From positions 1 to 47,102 of the IMG/VR virus record IMGVR_UViG_3300027798_000068: DNA of 47,102 nucleotides; one strand, written 5' to 3'. Position 1 is the stretch's first letter. Each line of letters begins with the position of its first letter. This document shows positions 45,740 to 47,102 of the stretch, in pieces. A model generated the notes under the pieces. That model did no database searches. It saw nothing but the letters and a program-made list of their open reading frames with translations, and was not told where the DNA came from. The translations under genes and the position numbers were made by a program. Origin of the DNA: a virus (taxonomy: Duplodnaviria > Caudoviricetes).

Positions 45740-47102
45740 TTATCCTAGTGACAGTGCAAGAGCAATGCCGATGTCTGTTGCATCATTAAATGTTACACCT
45801 GAACTTGTACCTGCTACCGAAGTCCATTGTTGACCGTTATATACTTCAACTAACTCAAAATCTGAGTTATATCGCATCATACCTTCTATTGGGTTTGCTG
45901 GTCTTTCTGTTGTAGAATTTCCTACAGGAATACCAAACCCACCAGTGCCAGCAAATTTTACATATCCTGTGCCCTGTTGAACTATTTCAGTTACTGCATT
46001 GGGCACAACGTTGGTAATAGCATTGTTTCTAAACTTTAAGTTACCTAGTCTAACACCACCAGTGCCGGATGTTAAAAATCTAATATCTTGATTGGCACTT
46101 AACGAGCTAATAGTGTTGTCAACTATGTCTAAACTGTCAGTTTGAAATCTAGTTGTTGCCAACTGTGTCTGATTGATTGTAGCAGTTAGCGTACTGTTTG
46201 CATAGAAATACAAAGTATTGTCATTGGCGCCCGGAGTTGCTTCTGGTTTAATATATGTATTACCGCTAATATCCTGTACACCGCCTAACTGAATCCAGTA
46301 TGTACCGTTCCAACCTTCAAATCTAGACATGGTAGAATTAAATCTAATCATACCATTAGTTGGTGTAATTGGACGATCTCCGCTAGCACCTACTGGAATT
46401 TGCAAACTAGTAGTACTATTGACAATTACGCTACCGGTTCCTTGTGGAGTTAGTGTAATATCTGTATTAGAACTTACGCTTTGAATATTGTTGTTGTTAA
46501 ACTGAATGCCTTCTGCAACAACATTACCAGTGCCATTGGCCTGCAATACTAAATCTAAATTAGTAGTAGTGGTCTGTATGATGTTGTTAAAGAATCTAAC
46601 ATCTTGAACATTAATCTGTCCATTTGCACTGACTACATTGATCTCGCCTGATAGACTTTCAATGGTGTTGCCACTGATTTTAATGTTGCCGGTTGATACT
46701 TCTTGCGCATTAATTGTTGTGGTGTTAACACCGTCTGTGAATATAAATCCGTCAGTTGATGTAACATTGATTGTTTGATTGTTAAACAATACTTCGCCAG
46801 TTTTTTGATTAACATAAAAACTGTCGCCGACTTTAAAGTTACCTTCGTTGTCAACGCTGGTATAATAAACTCTAGCACCGTTAAGCTCAACTACTTCATT
46901 GGCAGGAATTCTATCTGTAGGATCATTATTTGATTTCTTGCCTGCGCCAATGTAGGCCAAGTTCTCAGAAATTAGATATAAAATACAGCCTACCCCGTCA
47001 GCATAGATACCATAGTTTCCGTATACCGCCGCAGATCCAATTGATCTTACTTCTGCGCCAAAGTCATTATAGTCTGCAAAATTAATTGCAGTAGATGTTC
47101 CA
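45740..47102 (-). CDS. C-terminal part of a third large virion/baseplate protein (5' end off the window)
   Basis: The frame stays open upstream of 46960 to the edge (...FGAEVRSIGSAAVYGNYGIYADG...). It shares the RVYYTSVD..GNFKVG module and carries IPVG....RP....GM.R.N...E.(W/Y)NG..W and I.L...GTG.V repeats. Confidence 0.8.
   Translation of the reverse strand, partial: GTSTAINFADYNDFGAEVRSIGSAAVYGNYGIYADGVGCILYLISENLAYIGAGKKSNNDPTDRIPANEVVELNGARVYYTSVDNEGNFKVGDSFYVNQKTGEVLFNNQTINVTSTDGFIFTDGVNTTTINAQEVSTGNIKISGNTIESLSGEINVVSANGQINVQDVRFFNNIIQTTTTNLDLVLQANGTGNVVAEGIQFNNNNIQSVSSNTDITLTPQGTGSVIVNSTTSLQIPVGASGDRPITPTNGMIRFNSTMSRFEGWNGTYWIQLGGVQDISGNTYIKPEATPGANDNTLYFYANSTLTATINQTQLATTRFQTDSLDIVDNTISSLSANQDIRFLTSGTGGVRLGNLKFRNNAITNVVPNAVTEIVQQGTGYVKFAGTGGFGIPVGNSTTERPANPIEGMMRYNSDFELVEVYNGQQWTSVAGTSSGVTFNDATDIGIALALSLG

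Noticed and set aside
27409-45833. Plus-strand ORFs of 60-160 aa opposite the structural genes
   Set aside because: These are antisense artefacts of biased codon usage in long minus-strand genes.
46958-46960. TTG start given by the ORF track for the last gene
   Set aside because: The reading frame stays open to the window edge and the upstream residues continue the family motifs, so the true start lies outside the window.

Overview
This 47-kb window comes from a large T4-related myovirus (Caudoviricetes), most likely an aquatic phage. Positions 1-7467 carry the tail sheath (partial, off the left edge), a degenerate HNH/Zn-finger gene, a dNMP kinase, gp13/gp14/gp15-like neck and tail-completion genes, and a NUDIX hydrolase. 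Positions 7469-23868 form a dense enzyme island with 13 Fe(II)/2OG-type oxygenases (one JmjC), 4 flavin-dependent tryptophan-halogenase-family enzymes, 2 paralogous unknown proteins and 2 small ORFs, one of them missed by the ORF track. The main arm of the island begins at a perfect T4 late promoter placed right behind a terminator. Positions 23969-47102 are a minus-strand fibre/baseplate module: a chaperone-like gene, three tandem His-rich Gly-rich adhesin-like paralogs, a gp34-like protein and three giant paralogous virion proteins. Two leads stand out. The first is a possible late-expressed system that chemically tailors virion fibre proteins. The second is a set of tandem phycobiliprotein-like (C-x-R-D) helical repeats inside a 3070-aa virion protein. 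All family calls come from motif recognition by eye; no searches were run. I saw no tRNA, rRNA, CRISPR array or mobile element.
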